Shown: positions 9,394-20,032 of the stretch, in pieces
How positions within the stretch are numbered: position 1 is the stretch's first letter
How the letters are laid out: each line of letters opens with the position of its first letter
DNA from: Mucilaginibacter sp.
Lineage (GTDB): Bacteria; Bacteroidota; Bacteroidia; Sphingobacteriales; Sphingobacteriaceae
DNA length: 64,000 bases
Direction: 5' to 3'
Assembly (NCBI RefSeq): GCF_028288225.1
Contig: NZ_JAQBOC010000062.1
Coordinates: forward strand, 58,265 to 122,264
The notes under the pieces: generated by a model
Database searches by the model: none
Told to the model about the DNA's origin: nothing
Seen by the model: the letters and a program-made list of their open reading frames with translations, nothing else
Made by a program: the position numbers and the translations under genes

Positions 9394-12300
9394 CTAAACC
9401 ACTTTAGTCATTATAATACTTTGCAATGCGTCATCCAGCAAGCGTTTGACTTCCGGCCTGCATGAGCCGCATCCTGTACCCGCACCTGTAGCAGCACATA
9501 AATCCTTCATATTGTCACACCCATCCTCGATTTTCTTCCTGATATTTTCCCTTCCCACGTTATTGCAACTGCAAACCAATTTTCCCAGCACCGGATCAGC
9601 CTTATTGCCGCTGCGTAATAATTGCAGCCTTTTTTCGCTTAACTCGGTCTTGTTTGCAATGAGGTCCTTAAACTCAAGGAATTCACTTTTATCACCGATC
9701 AGTATGGCACCTACCAGCCTGTCCTGGTGGATGATGCATTTTTTATAATATCGTTTTGCCTTGTCAATAAACACCACTTCTTCGTAGTCTTTATCGTCGG
9801 GGCATTCAGGCAAACCAATGCTGCATAGGTCAAAGCCATGAATTTTAATGATATTCATAAATAAACTGCCTTTATAATAGCTTGCTATATCACCATTCAG
9901 GTAACCAGCAACCACTTCGGCCTGTTGTTCAGCAGCGGCGGTAATACCGTACAAGGTGTGTTCAAACTCAGCAATTTCGCCAATGGCATAAATATGCGAA
10001 TCGCTGGTTTGCAAACGTTCGTTGACTACTACACCCCTGCGGCATTCCAAACCGCATTCTTTGGCAATTTCAAGGTTTGGCGTGGTACCTATAGCCAGTA
10101 TCATGGCATCGCAATTGATCTTGCGGCCACTCTTTAAGCCGATACCCGTAAGTTTTGAACGACCGTAATAAAGCTGCACCTCATCATCATAATAAATATC
10201 GCAGCCCTGGTCAGCCATCTCCTCGTGCAATAACCGGCTACCCAGGTCATCAAGTTGCCGGTTTAAAAAACGCGAAATACGCTGAACTATGGTGATCTTT
10301 ATTCCCATCTCCCGCAAAGAGGCAGCCATTTCCAGGCCCAGCAGCCCACCGCCAACAATCACTACATGACTGTTATTGGATATATGTCTCTTAAAACTAT
10401 CAGCATCTGTACGGCTGCGCATCGTAAAAATGCCGGGCAATGACGGTACATTTTTGGGTACAGCCGCCCTGCTCCCGGTAGCCACCAGCAAAACATCGTA
10501 GCTGGTTTTTATGCCTCTTGAATCAGTAACCTGTTTGTTTACCCGGTCTATTTTTTCAATGCTCACACCCCGCAATAAACGGATATTGTATGCAGGCTCA
10601 TCCTCATCTTTCATTTTCACCAGTTGCTCCCATTGCTGTTCGCCGCTGATATAATCAGGCAGCATCACCCGGTTGTAAAAGGGGAAATTTTCTTTGCTGA
10701 AGATGGTAATTTCATCATCCGGGTTAAGCGCACGGTATGATTTTACAAAACCATAAGCACCGGCCCCCGCTCCTATTACCACAATACGCTGAAATGGTTT
10801 TTTATACCTGGAAACATTAACAGCACAATATTTAAAATCAGGCTCTTTTGATATGGGGTCAACCTGGCGTGAAGTAATGTTGTTGGCCCGGTTAAGATCA
10901 TTGCCTAAAATTTTACCCCAATGCATAGGTAAAAAAACAACTCCCTGTTTTATTTGAGTTGATATTTTGGCCTTAACCCGCACTTCACCGCGGCGTGAAC
11001 TTATCACTGTAATATTCCCTTCGCTTATTTTTAAAGCAGCAGCATCCTTTGGATGTATCTCCATAAATGACTGCGGATGATGCTGGTTAAGCTTATTTAC
11101 CTTGCCCGTTTTGCTCATGGTATGCCACTGATCGCGAATGCGGCCGGTAGTGAGGATAAATGGAAAATCACCATCCGGCATTTCGCTGGTCAAAATATCA
11201 GGCACCGCATGAATGATGGCTTTTTGTGAAGGCGTATAAAAATGTTTGTCGGTAAACAAACGGGCAGTTCCCTGTTCAGGGCCTTTTTTTTTGTATGGCC
11301 ATTGCACCGTTTTTTGCGCCTTCAGGATCTCATAATTTACCAGGCTGATATCAATATTGGTTTTGGCAGTCAGCCTGGCATGCTCAGCATAAATAGCTGC
11401 AGCATTTTCAAAGTCAAATCCTTTATACCGCATTTTGCGGGCAAAGCGGCAAATGATCTCTGCATCAGGCAATGCTTCACCAGGCGGCTCAATTATCTTG
11501 TTCAGGTAACTTATACGCCGCTCGGAGTTGGTCATGGTGCCTTCCTTTTCGGCCCAGGCGGCGGCAGGTAATATCACATCCGCATAGGCCAGGCTTTCCG
11601 GCTTATTGCTGATTTCCTGCACCACTACGAATTTAGCTTTCTTTAAAGCTTCCTCAGCCAATCGTACGTCAGGCAAGCTGGTTAATGGATTAGTGCAAAG
11701 TATCCATATCGCTTTCAACCTTCCGTCATTCAGCGCCTCAAACATTTCCGTAGCCGTTAATCCGGGGTTGGGATCAATCACCGTACCACCCCAAAACTTT
11801 TGTACTTCTTCACGATGCTGCGGATTGCTCAGCTCCCGATGGGCAGGCAATAAATTTGCCAACCCGCCTGCTTCGCGGCCACCCATAGCATTGGGCTGAC
11901 CTGTTAAAGATAGCGGCCCTGATCCCGGTTTACCAATATGCCCGGTAATGAGGTTAAGATTAATGAGGCTAAGATTTTTATTTACACCAACTGAACTCTG
12001 GTTAAGCCCCATCGTCCACATGGAGATAAAACCCTTTGCTTCGGCAATATATTTTGCGGCGAGGCGGATATCGTGTTCGCTTACCCCGCATACTTTTGCT
12101 GATTCGGGCAGGCTTTTTTGGAACACCAAGGCATTGTATTTCTCAAAGCCTTCGGCGTGATTGGTTATAAAATCAAGATCAATGTCGCCATTCTCTATCA
12201 ATACCCTTCCGATAGCATGATTAAGCGTAATATCAGTTCCCGGGTTGATCTGCAGATGCAGATCAGCGATGCTGCAGGTATCGGTAACACGCGGGTCGAC

Positions 12301-12918
12301 TACAATTATTTTAACACCAGGATTAGCTGTTTTGTGTGCCTCAACCCTTCTCCATAAAATAGGATGGCACCAGGCCGGATTGGCGCCTGTAACGTAAAAG
12401 CAATCGGCCAGTTCAATGTCGTCATAACAAAGCGGGACACTATCCTCGCCCAAAGCCATCTTATAAGCGGCAACAGCGCTACTCATGCATAAGCGCGAGT
12501 TGGTATCAATATTATTACTGCCGATAAACCCTTTCATCAGTTTATTGATCACATAATATTCTTCAGTCAAACATTGCCCGGAAGCATAAAACGCCACTGA
12601 ATCGGGCCCATATTTATTAATGAAGGTTTTAAAAACAGCAACGGTGCGATCAAGCGCCTCATCCCAGCTAACACGCTGCATGGGCATGCTTTTATTATAC
12701 CGCATTTGCGGATGCAATAATCGGTCAGACTTATCATTGACTGTATAATGCAGGTTGAGCCCCTTACTGCAAAGCATCCCTTTATTTACGGGATGCTCTT
12801 TATCTCCTTCAACTAAAACATTACCGTTTTTATCCTTATGGACAACCACACCACATCCAACCCCGCAATAACAACAGGTTGAGGTTGAAGTATTTATGTG
12901 CTGCTTTTTTACCGACAT
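9394..12918 (-). CDS. nasA: assimilatory nitrate reductase fused to NAD(P)H/FAD oxidoreductase and BFD-like [2Fe-2S] domains
   Basis: CCYCGVGC...C [4Fe-4S]; NSRLCMSSA Mo ligand; GQPNAMGGRE; TGRIRDQWH; then GAGAGA and GGGLLGLE; C-terminal CSC...CGSC. Confidence 0.9.
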   Translation of the reverse strand: MSVKKQHINTSTSTCCYCGVGCGVVVHKDKNGNVLVEGDKEHPVNKGMLCSKGLNLHYTVNDKSDRLLHPQMRYNKSMPMQRVSWDEALDRTVAVFKTFINKYGPDSVAFYASGQCLTEEYYVINKLMKGFIGSNNIDTNSRLCMSSAVAAYKMALGEDSVPLCYDDIELADCFYVTGANPAWCHPILWRRVEAHKTANPGVKIIVVDPRVTDTCSIADLHLQINPGTDITLNHAIGRVLIENGDIDLDFITNHAEGFEKYNALVFQKSLPESAKVCGVSEHDIRLAAKYIAEAKGFISMWTMGLNQSSVGVNKNLSLINLNLITGHIGKPGSGPLSLTGQPNAMGGREAGGLANLLPAHRELSNPQHREEVQKFWGGTVIDPNPGLTATEMFEALNDGRLKAIWILCTNPLTSLPDVRLAEEALKKAKFVVVQEISNKPESLAYADVILPAAAWAEKEGTMTNSERRISYLNKIIEPPGEALPDAEIICRFARKMRYKGFDFENAAAIYAEHARLTAKTNIDISLVNYEILKAQKTVQWPYKKKGPEQGTARLFTDKHFYTPSQKAIIHAVPDILTSEMPDGDFPFILTTGRIRDQWHTMSKTGKVNKLNQHHPQSFMEIHPKDAAALKISEGNITVISSRRGEVRVKAKISTQIKQGVVFLPMHWGKILGNDLNRANNITSRQVDPISKEPDFKYCAVNVSRYKKPFQRIVVIGAGAGAYGFVKSYRALNPDDEITIFSKENFPFYNRVMLPDYISGEQQWEQLVKMKDEDEPAYNIRLLRGVSIEKIDRVNKQVTDSRGIKTSYDVLLVATGSRAAVPKNVPSLPGIFTMRSRTDADSFKRHISNNSHVVIVGGGLLGLEMAASLREMGIKITIVQRISRFLNRQLDDLGSRLLHEEMADQGCDIYYDDEVQLYYGRSKLTGIGLKSGRKINCDAMILAIGTTPNLEIAKECGLECRRGVVVNERLQTSDSHIYAIGEIAEFEHTLYGITAAAEQQAEVVAGYLNGDIASYYKGSLFMNIIKIHGFDLCSIGLPECPDDKDYEEVVFIDKAKRYYKKCIIHQDRLVGAILIGDKSEFLEFKDLIANKTELSEKRLQLLRSGNKADPVLGKLVCSCNNVGRENIRKKIEDGCDNMKDLCAATGAGTGCGSCRPEVKRLLDDALQSIIMTKVV

Positions 12919-12938
12919 TTGATTTTGTATCTGTTAAC

Positions 12939-14240
12939 TTACCGGGCTATCTCACCTGCTAATACTTCTGCACCATCAAAAGCTTCGTTTGAAACAGGTT
13001 GTTTTTGAAACCTGGTGATCAATACGATCAATGCCACCGCAATTACTGTGTAACCGATATAAGTAAAAGCCTGGACATAAGTGATGGCAGATGATTTAAA
13101 AAGAAAGCCAAACATCATTCCGCCAAGGTTGCCCCCTGCTCCTACTATGCCGCTTACCATGCCTACATTTTTTGTATTTACAAAAGGCACTATACCATAG
13201 GTAGCCCCGTTGGACATTTTGAGAAACAAGGCGAACGAAAGCATGGATACAATAGCAACCAGCAATGTTCCGGACTGTGCAAATAAGATCAGCCCGCAGC
13301 CTTCCAATAATAAAACCCCTGCCAGTAATAAACCTTTGCCTCTCATGCCAAATTTCTTCCCAACTTTATCAGATACGATGCCACCCAGTGCCCTTGCAAA
13401 CAGGTTCATAAATCCGAATATGCCGGCCCAAAAACCAGCCGTACTTTGTGAGAGATGAAATGAATCAACAAAATGCAGTGATGCTACGTTATCAAATGTG
13501 ATCTCCATACCAAAGCACATGGCATAGGCTATTGTTAATGCCCAAACACGCCAGTCGGTTAATATAGACCAGTCGGTTTTAGTTTGTTTTTTAGTATACC
13601 CAATCTCGTCATAATTGCCTTCAGGAGTATCCTTTGTATACTTATAATATAAATAAGCAATAATTAGCATCATTATTCCAGGTACTATCATCGCGAAGCG
13701 CCAGGCTTCAGCTTTGGTATAACCAAATCCTACTATGGCAGCAAAAATGAGCGGCATCACCATGTTAGTTACACCTCCGCCCAGGTTGCCCCAGCCACCC
13801 GTAACAGCATTTGCAGTACCTTTTATATTAGGCGCAAACATCATAGAGGTGTGGAATTGTGTGATCACAAATGATGCCCCGACAACTCCTATAGCTAACC
13901 TGAAGAGCAGAAACGAAGTATAGTCATGCGCCAATCCTACCAGGAATACAGGCACTGAACCTATTAATAATAACCTGACGGCAACTTTTCGTGGCCCCCA
14001 GGTATCGCAAAGCTTACCTATAATTAAACGCGCTATGATTGTAGCGGCTACCGATGCAATAATAGTATTGCCTACCTGTCCTTTTGTTAAATGCAATTCG
14101 GCCCTTATAGTTGGCATTAGCGGCGCAAGGCCAAACCAGCCGAAAAAGCATACAAAAAACATGAGCCAGGTAATATGAAAAGTGCGCATCTGTACACCCT
14201 TAAAAGAAAATATATTGAGTTTGCTGAGTTGATTCTTCAT
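12939..14240 (-). CDS. narK: NarK/NRT2 family MFS nitrate transporter
   Basis: GTANAVTGGWGNLGGG and GIVGAGGNLGG nitrate signatures; 12-TM MFS layout. Confidence 0.9.
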   Translation of the reverse strand: MKNQLSKLNIFSFKGVQMRTFHITWLMFFVCFFGWFGLAPLMPTIRAELHLTKGQVGNTIIASVAATIIARLIIGKLCDTWGPRKVAVRLLLIGSVPVFLVGLAHDYTSFLLFRLAIGVVGASFVITQFHTSMMFAPNIKGTANAVTGGWGNLGGGVTNMVMPLIFAAIVGFGYTKAEAWRFAMIVPGIMMLIIAYLYYKYTKDTPEGNYDEIGYTKKQTKTDWSILTDWRVWALTIAYAMCFGMEITFDNVASLHFVDSFHLSQSTAGFWAGIFGFMNLFARALGGIVSDKVGKKFGMRGKGLLLAGVLLLEGCGLILFAQSGTLLVAIVSMLSFALFLKMSNGATYGIVPFVNTKNVGMVSGIVGAGGNLGGMMFGFLFKSSAITYVQAFTYIGYTVIAVALIVLITRFQKQPVSNEAFDGAEVLAGEIAR

Positions 14241-14273
14241 AATTCTTAAAATTTATGATAGTGTAAAACCATA

Positions 14274-15815
14274 TTATTTATTCAGAAATTCGGGTTTGAT
14301 GTTAAATTGCAGGTAGGCCCAAACAGGGCTTAGTCTGCTGCTGCCGGGGGTTATGTTTTTTGCATACTCCATACTGCTTGTAGCTGCCATATAGGATAAC
14401 CCAAAATCCACGACAGTGAATTTATTGAGCTTATAAGCAGTTGTAAGATCAAACTCGGTACCCAGGTATTTACTTACCACGGTACCGTTAATATTCTTCT
14501 GGTCGTCAGCCAGGTAGAAATAATGATTGGCTAATTCGGCAGAAAATCTTTTACCGGATGATGTATACTTTACTTTTAAAAAGGGATTATTCAAACCACC
14601 GGTTGGTGAACCGCTTGCTGCATAGAAATAATCCATATAGCCATGAAATTTATGCGGGGTTCCATAAAGCGGATCGAAACGATGATTGATTTTTGAGGTA
14701 GAAAAGGCATCGTTACCAGACGAATAATCCATCCCTGCCATATAGCTAACCGTATTAGGCTTATACATTAAAGAGATGCTATACATATAGGCACTTAAAG
14801 AAAGTCCGTCCCTGTCATGCCCTCCCTGGTAGTAGTATGATCCGTTTGCCGACCATTGATTTTCGCTGCCAAATACGGGGTTGATCAATAAACCTGTAGT
14901 ATAGCGCAGGTTTACACCCGATTGATTAAAATGCTTGCCGTATACATAGCCAATATCAGTTCCCGAAACGTTTTTAACAGAATCCAGAATATATTTCCCA
15001 AACTGGTCAGTCAGGAATATGCCTGATATTTTTGTTTTATCTATTTTTTTGGATACATATAGATATTGAAGCGCTTTATAGTTCTGGTTCAATGCATTAG
15101 TTCCCGGTGGATTCACAAACACCGGGCTCCCATTTTTTGAGCTGATACCGGCGGCGTTTACTAAAGGGATAAAACCTGCAGGTGTGTTGGCCACATTACC
15201 TTTGCTATCCCTTACCGTGGCAGGAACGTTGGCAGGGGTATAATAGGTGCCGTTATAATTAATAGCGTCAGTATTCTGGTTAAAAGCACCACCCAAATCG
15301 AATTGCCATCCTTTTTGCAATGCTTTTAAAACTATGGCGTCATGTCGCCGCCCCTGTTGCACCCAGTCTAAATTTCCAAGCAGGCGTTCATCGTCATAAA
15401 CCAACTCTTGCCTTCCTACTTTTATGGCAAAATAATCAAAGGGGGATTGTTTAAAAGATGTATCCTTTTTATTCGATAAAATGATCTCTGCCCAGGCTTC
15501 ATGCAATTCCAGTTTGTTGCCATCAGTGCTGCTGAAGGTAGAGGCATCCTGCCCCCACAGCCTTACGTCCTGAATTGAAGTGTGAAAAATAAGTTTACTA
15601 CTATTATAATTGAAGATAAGCCGGGTGCGCTGAGAGATAAATACTGCATTTTTATTCCCGGTGGGTTCTAAAGTACCGTAACCATCACGTAATTCGCCTC
15701 TGGTTCGCAACTGACCTGCCAAAGAGAGCTGTGCAGATGCCTTAAATGAAGAAAAACATGATGAAAGTAATAGAATTAGCGCAATAGTGTATTGATTTGA
15801 TACATTTTTGTACAT
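14274..15815 (-). CDS. alginate-export family outer-membrane porin
   Basis: Signal peptide; QLRTRGELRDG, KVGRQELVYDDERLLG, FDPLYGTPHKFHGYMDYF; first gene of the nitrate operon. Confidence 0.8.
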   Translation of the reverse strand: MYKNVSNQYTIALILLLSSCFSSFKASAQLSLAGQLRTRGELRDGYGTLEPTGNKNAVFISQRTRLIFNYNSSKLIFHTSIQDVRLWGQDASTFSSTDGNKLELHEAWAEIILSNKKDTSFKQSPFDYFAIKVGRQELVYDDERLLGNLDWVQQGRRHDAIVLKALQKGWQFDLGGAFNQNTDAINYNGTYYTPANVPATVRDSKGNVANTPAGFIPLVNAAGISSKNGSPVFVNPPGTNALNQNYKALQYLYVSKKIDKTKISGIFLTDQFGKYILDSVKNVSGTDIGYVYGKHFNQSGVNLRYTTGLLINPVFGSENQWSANGSYYYQGGHDRDGLSLSAYMYSISLMYKPNTVSYMAGMDYSSGNDAFSTSKINHRFDPLYGTPHKFHGYMDYFYAASGSPTGGLNNPFLKVKYTSSGKRFSAELANHYFYLADDQKNINGTVVSKYLGTEFDLTTAYKLNKFTVVDFGLSYMAATSSMEYAKNITPGSSRLSPVWAYLQFNIKPEFLNK

Positions 15816-15831
15816 TTGAAATGGTTTTTTT

Positions 15832-15887
15832 TGTTAAAGCGATAAAAACTGTTTAACCCTGCCCGGGAATGCGACCTCCCGGCAGGG
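15832..15887 (-). promoter_or_regulatory. 5' leader stem-loop with GUCGCA hexaloop plus GCUUUAACA box
   Basis: CCCTGCCGGGAG-GTCGCA-TTCCCGGGCAGGG on the minus strand; the same loop and box recur before nirB. Confidence 0.6.
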
Positions 15888-16320
15888 ATTTTTTTATTCT
15901 ATTAAGTTTGATTTTTTGTCATAGGCTATATGTTTTTTGATATTCATCCAGATATTAACTTTTATCGTTATAAATATATCCAATTTAATATAAAAATTCC
16001 ACTTCAGCTTAAAAAAATCATAATTTTTATAATTAACATCATAAAATATTGAAACATTGGGGTAAATTTTTGACTTTTTTAATAAAAAATAACTTAAATG
16101 AATTTTTGATAATTAAAATTCGGATATTGACAATTAAAACTTACTTTATCCAGGTCATTTATTGATTTTTATTGATAAATAGCCATTAATAAATCAGATA
16201 ATTAACATATTATCTCAATTTATTATAAAATCATGTAAAAAATACACCAAATGTCAGGCAAATCAGAAAACCCACATTATTACCCGGTCATCGGACTAAA
16301 AATTCACTCTTTTCCGCAAA

Positions 16321-17013
16321 ATGAAAGAAATAAAACAAGCATGTAACCTGAAAGACTGTTTTTTATGCAGACATTCATTGCCAGAGTGGCTTCAGGCTGT
16401 TGAAGTACATAAAAAGAACTTTAAGGTTAAAAAAGGCGAGGTAATTTTTAAAGAAGGCGATAAGGTTACTGGTATTTATTTTGCCTATGCAGGAAAGGTA
16501 AAAATTCATAAGAAATGGGGCAAAGACAAAGAGCTGATCATAAGGTTTGCCACAAAAGGCGCCATTTTTGGTCACAGGGGCCTAGGGACTCATAACGTTT
16601 ATCCGGTTTCTGCAACAGCACTTGAACCCGGACTTATATGCTATATCGATATCGGCTTTTTTGATGCTACATTAAAAACAAATAACAATTTCGCTTATAA
16701 CCTGATGTTATTTTTTGCCGACGAACTCCAGGAATCTGAAAAAAAAATGCGAAATCTTGCTCACATGTCTGTTAAGGGTCGTGTTGCGCAGGCCTTGATC
16801 ATATTAAAAGAGCAATTTGGCACAAATGACGATGGATCTCTTGCCATTGAGCTTTCGCGCCAGGACCTGGCATCGTTTGCTGGTGCCACTTATGAAACCG
16901 TATTCAGGGTAATGAATGAACTATTGAAGGAAGAATTGGTTGAAGTAAGCGGCAAGAAGATCATCATTATTAACCAGAAAAAACTTTTGCAACTAACAGC
17001 AGACGATCTTTAA
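16321..17013 (+). CDS. Crp/Fnr family transcriptional regulator
   Basis: N-terminal CNLKDCFLC; cNMP-like domain IFKEGD..GHRG; HTH LSRQDLASFAGATYETVFR. Confidence 0.9.
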   Translation: MKEIKQACNLKDCFLCRHSLPEWLQAVEVHKKNFKVKKGEVIFKEGDKVTGIYFAYAGKVKIHKKWGKDKELIIRFATKGAIFGHRGLGTHNVYPVSATALEPGLICYIDIGFFDATLKTNNNFAYNLMLFFADELQESEKKMRNLAHMSVKGRVAQALIILKEQFGTNDDGSLAIELSRQDLASFAGATYETVFRVMNELLKEELVEVSGKKIIIINQKKLLQLTADDL

Positions 17014-17021
17014 TTTACATG

Positions 17022-17059
17022 CTTTAAGTATTCCCCGCCGGTGGCGGGGAAACTTAAAG
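17022..17059. terminator. bidirectional hairpin terminator
   Basis: TTCCCCGCC-GGT-GGCGGGGAA flanked by CTTTAAGT/ACTTAAAG, between convergent genes. Confidence 0.7.
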
Positions 17060-17135
17060 GCCATCTTCTCTTCTCCAGATGGATTTAGGTCCAATATATT
17101 GCAATCAATGTATTGAAAAGTCATTTTAAATATAA

Positions 17136-17486
17136 TCAGGCAACACCTATATAAACTTTACCATCTATTACCTTAACAGGATAGGTAGTTATTTTATAAT
17201 CATCACCGCCCAGGCACTCTCCTGTTAATAACGAGAACGTTTTTTTGTGGAAAGGGCAGGCAACTTTGGGTTCGCAATTTTCACCTGCACTTCCGATCAT
17301 TCCCCTGGATAAAACCATTTGCTGCTTATGCGGACAAAGGTTTTGCGTTGCATACCACTCTCCCCGCCGGGAGAAATTATAAACAGCAATTTGTTCATCG
17401 CCGTGCTTTACACAAGCACCACCATTTTCGGGAACATCATCAGCATAACAAGCCAGGATCCATTCAATTGCAATAGTTGTTTCCAT
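17136..17486 (-). CDS. nirD: nitrite reductase (NADH) small subunit
   Basis: Rieske-like NLCPHK...LSRGMIG...VACPFHKKTFSL; follows nirB. Confidence 0.92.
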   Translation of the reverse strand: METTIAIEWILACYADDVPENGGACVKHGDEQIAVYNFSRRGEWYATQNLCPHKQQMVLSRGMIGSAGENCEPKVACPFHKKTFSLLTGECLGGDDYKITTYPVKVIDGKVYIGVA

Positions 17487-17522
17487 ATTATTTAATCTTA
17501 ATATAATGCACTAATAACGATA

Positions 17523-20015
17523 CTACCACTTTGCTTTTACCTGCTCGCGCATAGGCACAAATTGAACAGACGGATCTTTTTCTTTTGGCGCGTTAACAAA
17601 ATGCGCGAATCGTTTACGCAGCTCCGGATTTTCAACTACCTCTTTCCATTCGCAGTGATAGGTATTTATCAGCGACTGCATCCCTTCTTCCAATTGAGCA
17701 GCCAAACCAAGGCTATCATTTATAACTACGTTTTTCAGGTAGGCCATTCCGCCATCCATTTTATTAAGCCAGATTGCTGTACGCGTCAACGGATCGGCTG
17801 TGTTTATGTAAAACATCAGGAACCTGTCCAGGTATCGCACAAGCGTTTCTTTGTCAATATCAGTGGCAAGTAATTGTGCATGCTGCGGATTTGAACCACC
17901 ATTACCACATACATATAAGTTCCAGCCTTTTTCGGTAGCGATTATGCCAAAATCCTTCGACTTAGCTTCGGCGCATTCCCGCACGCAGCCGCTTACCCCG
18001 CCTTTTAATTTGTGAGGCGCACGGATGCCTTTGTACCTATCCTCAATTTCAATAGCGAACGAGACACTATCATGCAGGCCGAAACGGCACCAGGTACTGC
18101 CTACACAGCTTTTTACCGTACGTAATGCCTTACCATAAGCATGACCGCTTTCAAAACCAGCGTCTATTAACTCCTCCCATATTAAGGGAAGGTCATTTAA
18201 ATGAGCTCCGAACATATCAATGCGCTGACCGCCAGTTATTTTGGTGTATAAGCCATACTTCTTAGCCACCTGCCCCAAAACGATGAGTTTATCAGGGGTG
18301 ATCTCTCCACCCGGAATACGTGGCACAACCGAATAAGTGCCACCCTTTTGAATATTCGCTAAAAAGCGATCATTGCTATCCTGAATGGTGTCCTGCTTCA
18401 CGATCACATCATTCCACAAGCTTGCCAGGATACTGGCAACAACCGGCTTGCAAACCTCGCAGCCATCACCTTTACCATAGTGATCAAGCACCAGGTCGTA
18501 ATTTTTAATTTTATTTATCTTCACCAGGTCATACAATTCCTGGCGTGAGTATTCAAAGTGCTCGCATATTACATTTTTAATATACTGCCCGTTAGCCTTC
18601 AAGGTACCCGCTATCAGGTCCTTAACCAACGGGATACAACCACCACAACCCGTTCCGGCTTTGGTGCATTTCTTCATTCCATCAATATTGCTTACACCCA
18701 ATTCGGTAACAGCTGAACAGATCGACGCCTTATTAACTGCTTCGCATGAACAAATAAGTGCATCATCAGGCAAGCTCATCACACCGGCGCCTTCGTTCTC
18801 AGCCCCTCCTCTTGAACCCAATATCAGGTCTTCAGGGTTTGGCGGAAGAATTATTTTATTATTAACAGTTTGCAGTAAGATATTATACGCACCTGCATCG
18901 CCAATTAAAATTCCGCCCAATAAATATTTCCCATCATTGCTGAGATTGATCCGCTTATAAACACCTTTATGAGTATCCTCAAAAACTATGGTCCGGCAGC
19001 CTGGCTCCGTAACAAAGGCATCACCAAAGCTGGCCACATCCACACCAATCAGTTTCAGTTTGGTGCTCATATCATAACTGTAGAATAATTTACTACCCCC
19101 GGTTAATTGAGACACCACAATATCAGCCATTTCATAACCGGGTGCAACAAGGCCATAAATCATCCCTTCATATAAGGCGCACTCGCCAATGGCAAAAATG
19201 CGCTCATCGCTGGTCTGCATTTTCTCGTTAACTGTAATTCCGCCACGTGTGCCGGTATGCAGACCAGCCAGCTTTGCCAGCTCATCGCGCGGACGTATCC
19301 CGGCGGATATCACCAGCATATCAATGGCAAGTACACTACTATCATTAAAATGCAGCGCCTCTATTTTATGATCTCCGCCGATATAGGAAGTACTTTTATT
19401 TAAATGAACATTTAAGCCCAGTTCCTTCAATTTCGATTGCAGCAGGGAGCTGCCGGCCGAATCGATCTGCCTTGGCATTAGGCGGGGCGCAAATTCAATA
19501 ACATGTGTTTCTTTTGTCCCCAGGTCAATTAATGCTTTTGCTGCCTCCAATCCCAAAAGTCCGCCTCCCATTACTGCCCCATTTTTTGCATTTGCGGCAT
19601 AGGCTTTTATAAGCTCCAGGTCTTCAATGGTACGATAAACAAAAACGCCCTCTTTTTCCACTCCGGGAAGGTCAGGCACAAAAGCTGATGAACCTGTGGC
19701 CAGCACCAAATAGTCATATTTTATAGTAAGGCCCAATAAGGAATGTACTGTTTGGGCCGCGCTATTTATTTCCTGGATCGGATCACCAAGATGCAGCGTT
19801 AGTCCATTTTCAGCATACCAGGATTGAGATGAAAGGGATAGGTCATCAGCAGATTTTCCATTGAAATATTCGCTCAGGTGAACCCTGTCATAAGCACGGC
19901 GCGGTTCTTCGCCAAAAACTACAATATTGAATCGGGATGATTTGGCTATCAGTCTTTCACAAAACTTATAACCTACCATGCCGTTGCCAACTACGATGAT
20001 TGTTGGATTTGACAT
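17523..20015 (-). CDS. nirB: nitrite reductase (NADH) large subunit
   Basis: GNGMVG; YDRVHLS; BFD Cys motifs; ANIQKGGTYSVVPR; KSCVGSTWCRFG; SGCVRECAEA siroheme/[4Fe-4S] ligands. Confidence 0.95.
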   Translation of the reverse strand: MSNPTIIVVGNGMVGYKFCERLIAKSSRFNIVVFGEEPRRAYDRVHLSEYFNGKSADDLSLSSQSWYAENGLTLHLGDPIQEINSAAQTVHSLLGLTIKYDYLVLATGSSAFVPDLPGVEKEGVFVYRTIEDLELIKAYAANAKNGAVMGGGLLGLEAAKALIDLGTKETHVIEFAPRLMPRQIDSAGSSLLQSKLKELGLNVHLNKSTSYIGGDHKIEALHFNDSSVLAIDMLVISAGIRPRDELAKLAGLHTGTRGGITVNEKMQTSDERIFAIGECALYEGMIYGLVAPGYEMADIVVSQLTGGSKLFYSYDMSTKLKLIGVDVASFGDAFVTEPGCRTIVFEDTHKGVYKRINLSNDGKYLLGGILIGDAGAYNILLQTVNNKIILPPNPEDLILGSRGGAENEGAGVMSLPDDALICSCEAVNKASICSAVTELGVSNIDGMKKCTKAGTGCGGCIPLVKDLIAGTLKANGQYIKNVICEHFEYSRQELYDLVKINKIKNYDLVLDHYGKGDGCEVCKPVVASILASLWNDVIVKQDTIQDSNDRFLANIQKGGTYSVVPRIPGGEITPDKLIVLGQVAKKYGLYTKITGGQRIDMFGAHLNDLPLIWEELIDAGFESGHAYGKALRTVKSCVGSTWCRFGLHDSVSFAIEIEDRYKGIRAPHKLKGGVSGCVRECAEAKSKDFGIIATEKGWNLYVCGNGGSNPQHAQLLATDIDKETLVRYLDRFLMFYINTADPLTRTAIWLNKMDGGMAYLKNVVINDSLGLAAQLEEGMQSLINTYHCEWKEVVENPELRKRFAHFVNAPKEKDPSVQFVPMREQVKAKW

Positions 20016-20032
20016 ACACGGTTTTTTTTAAA

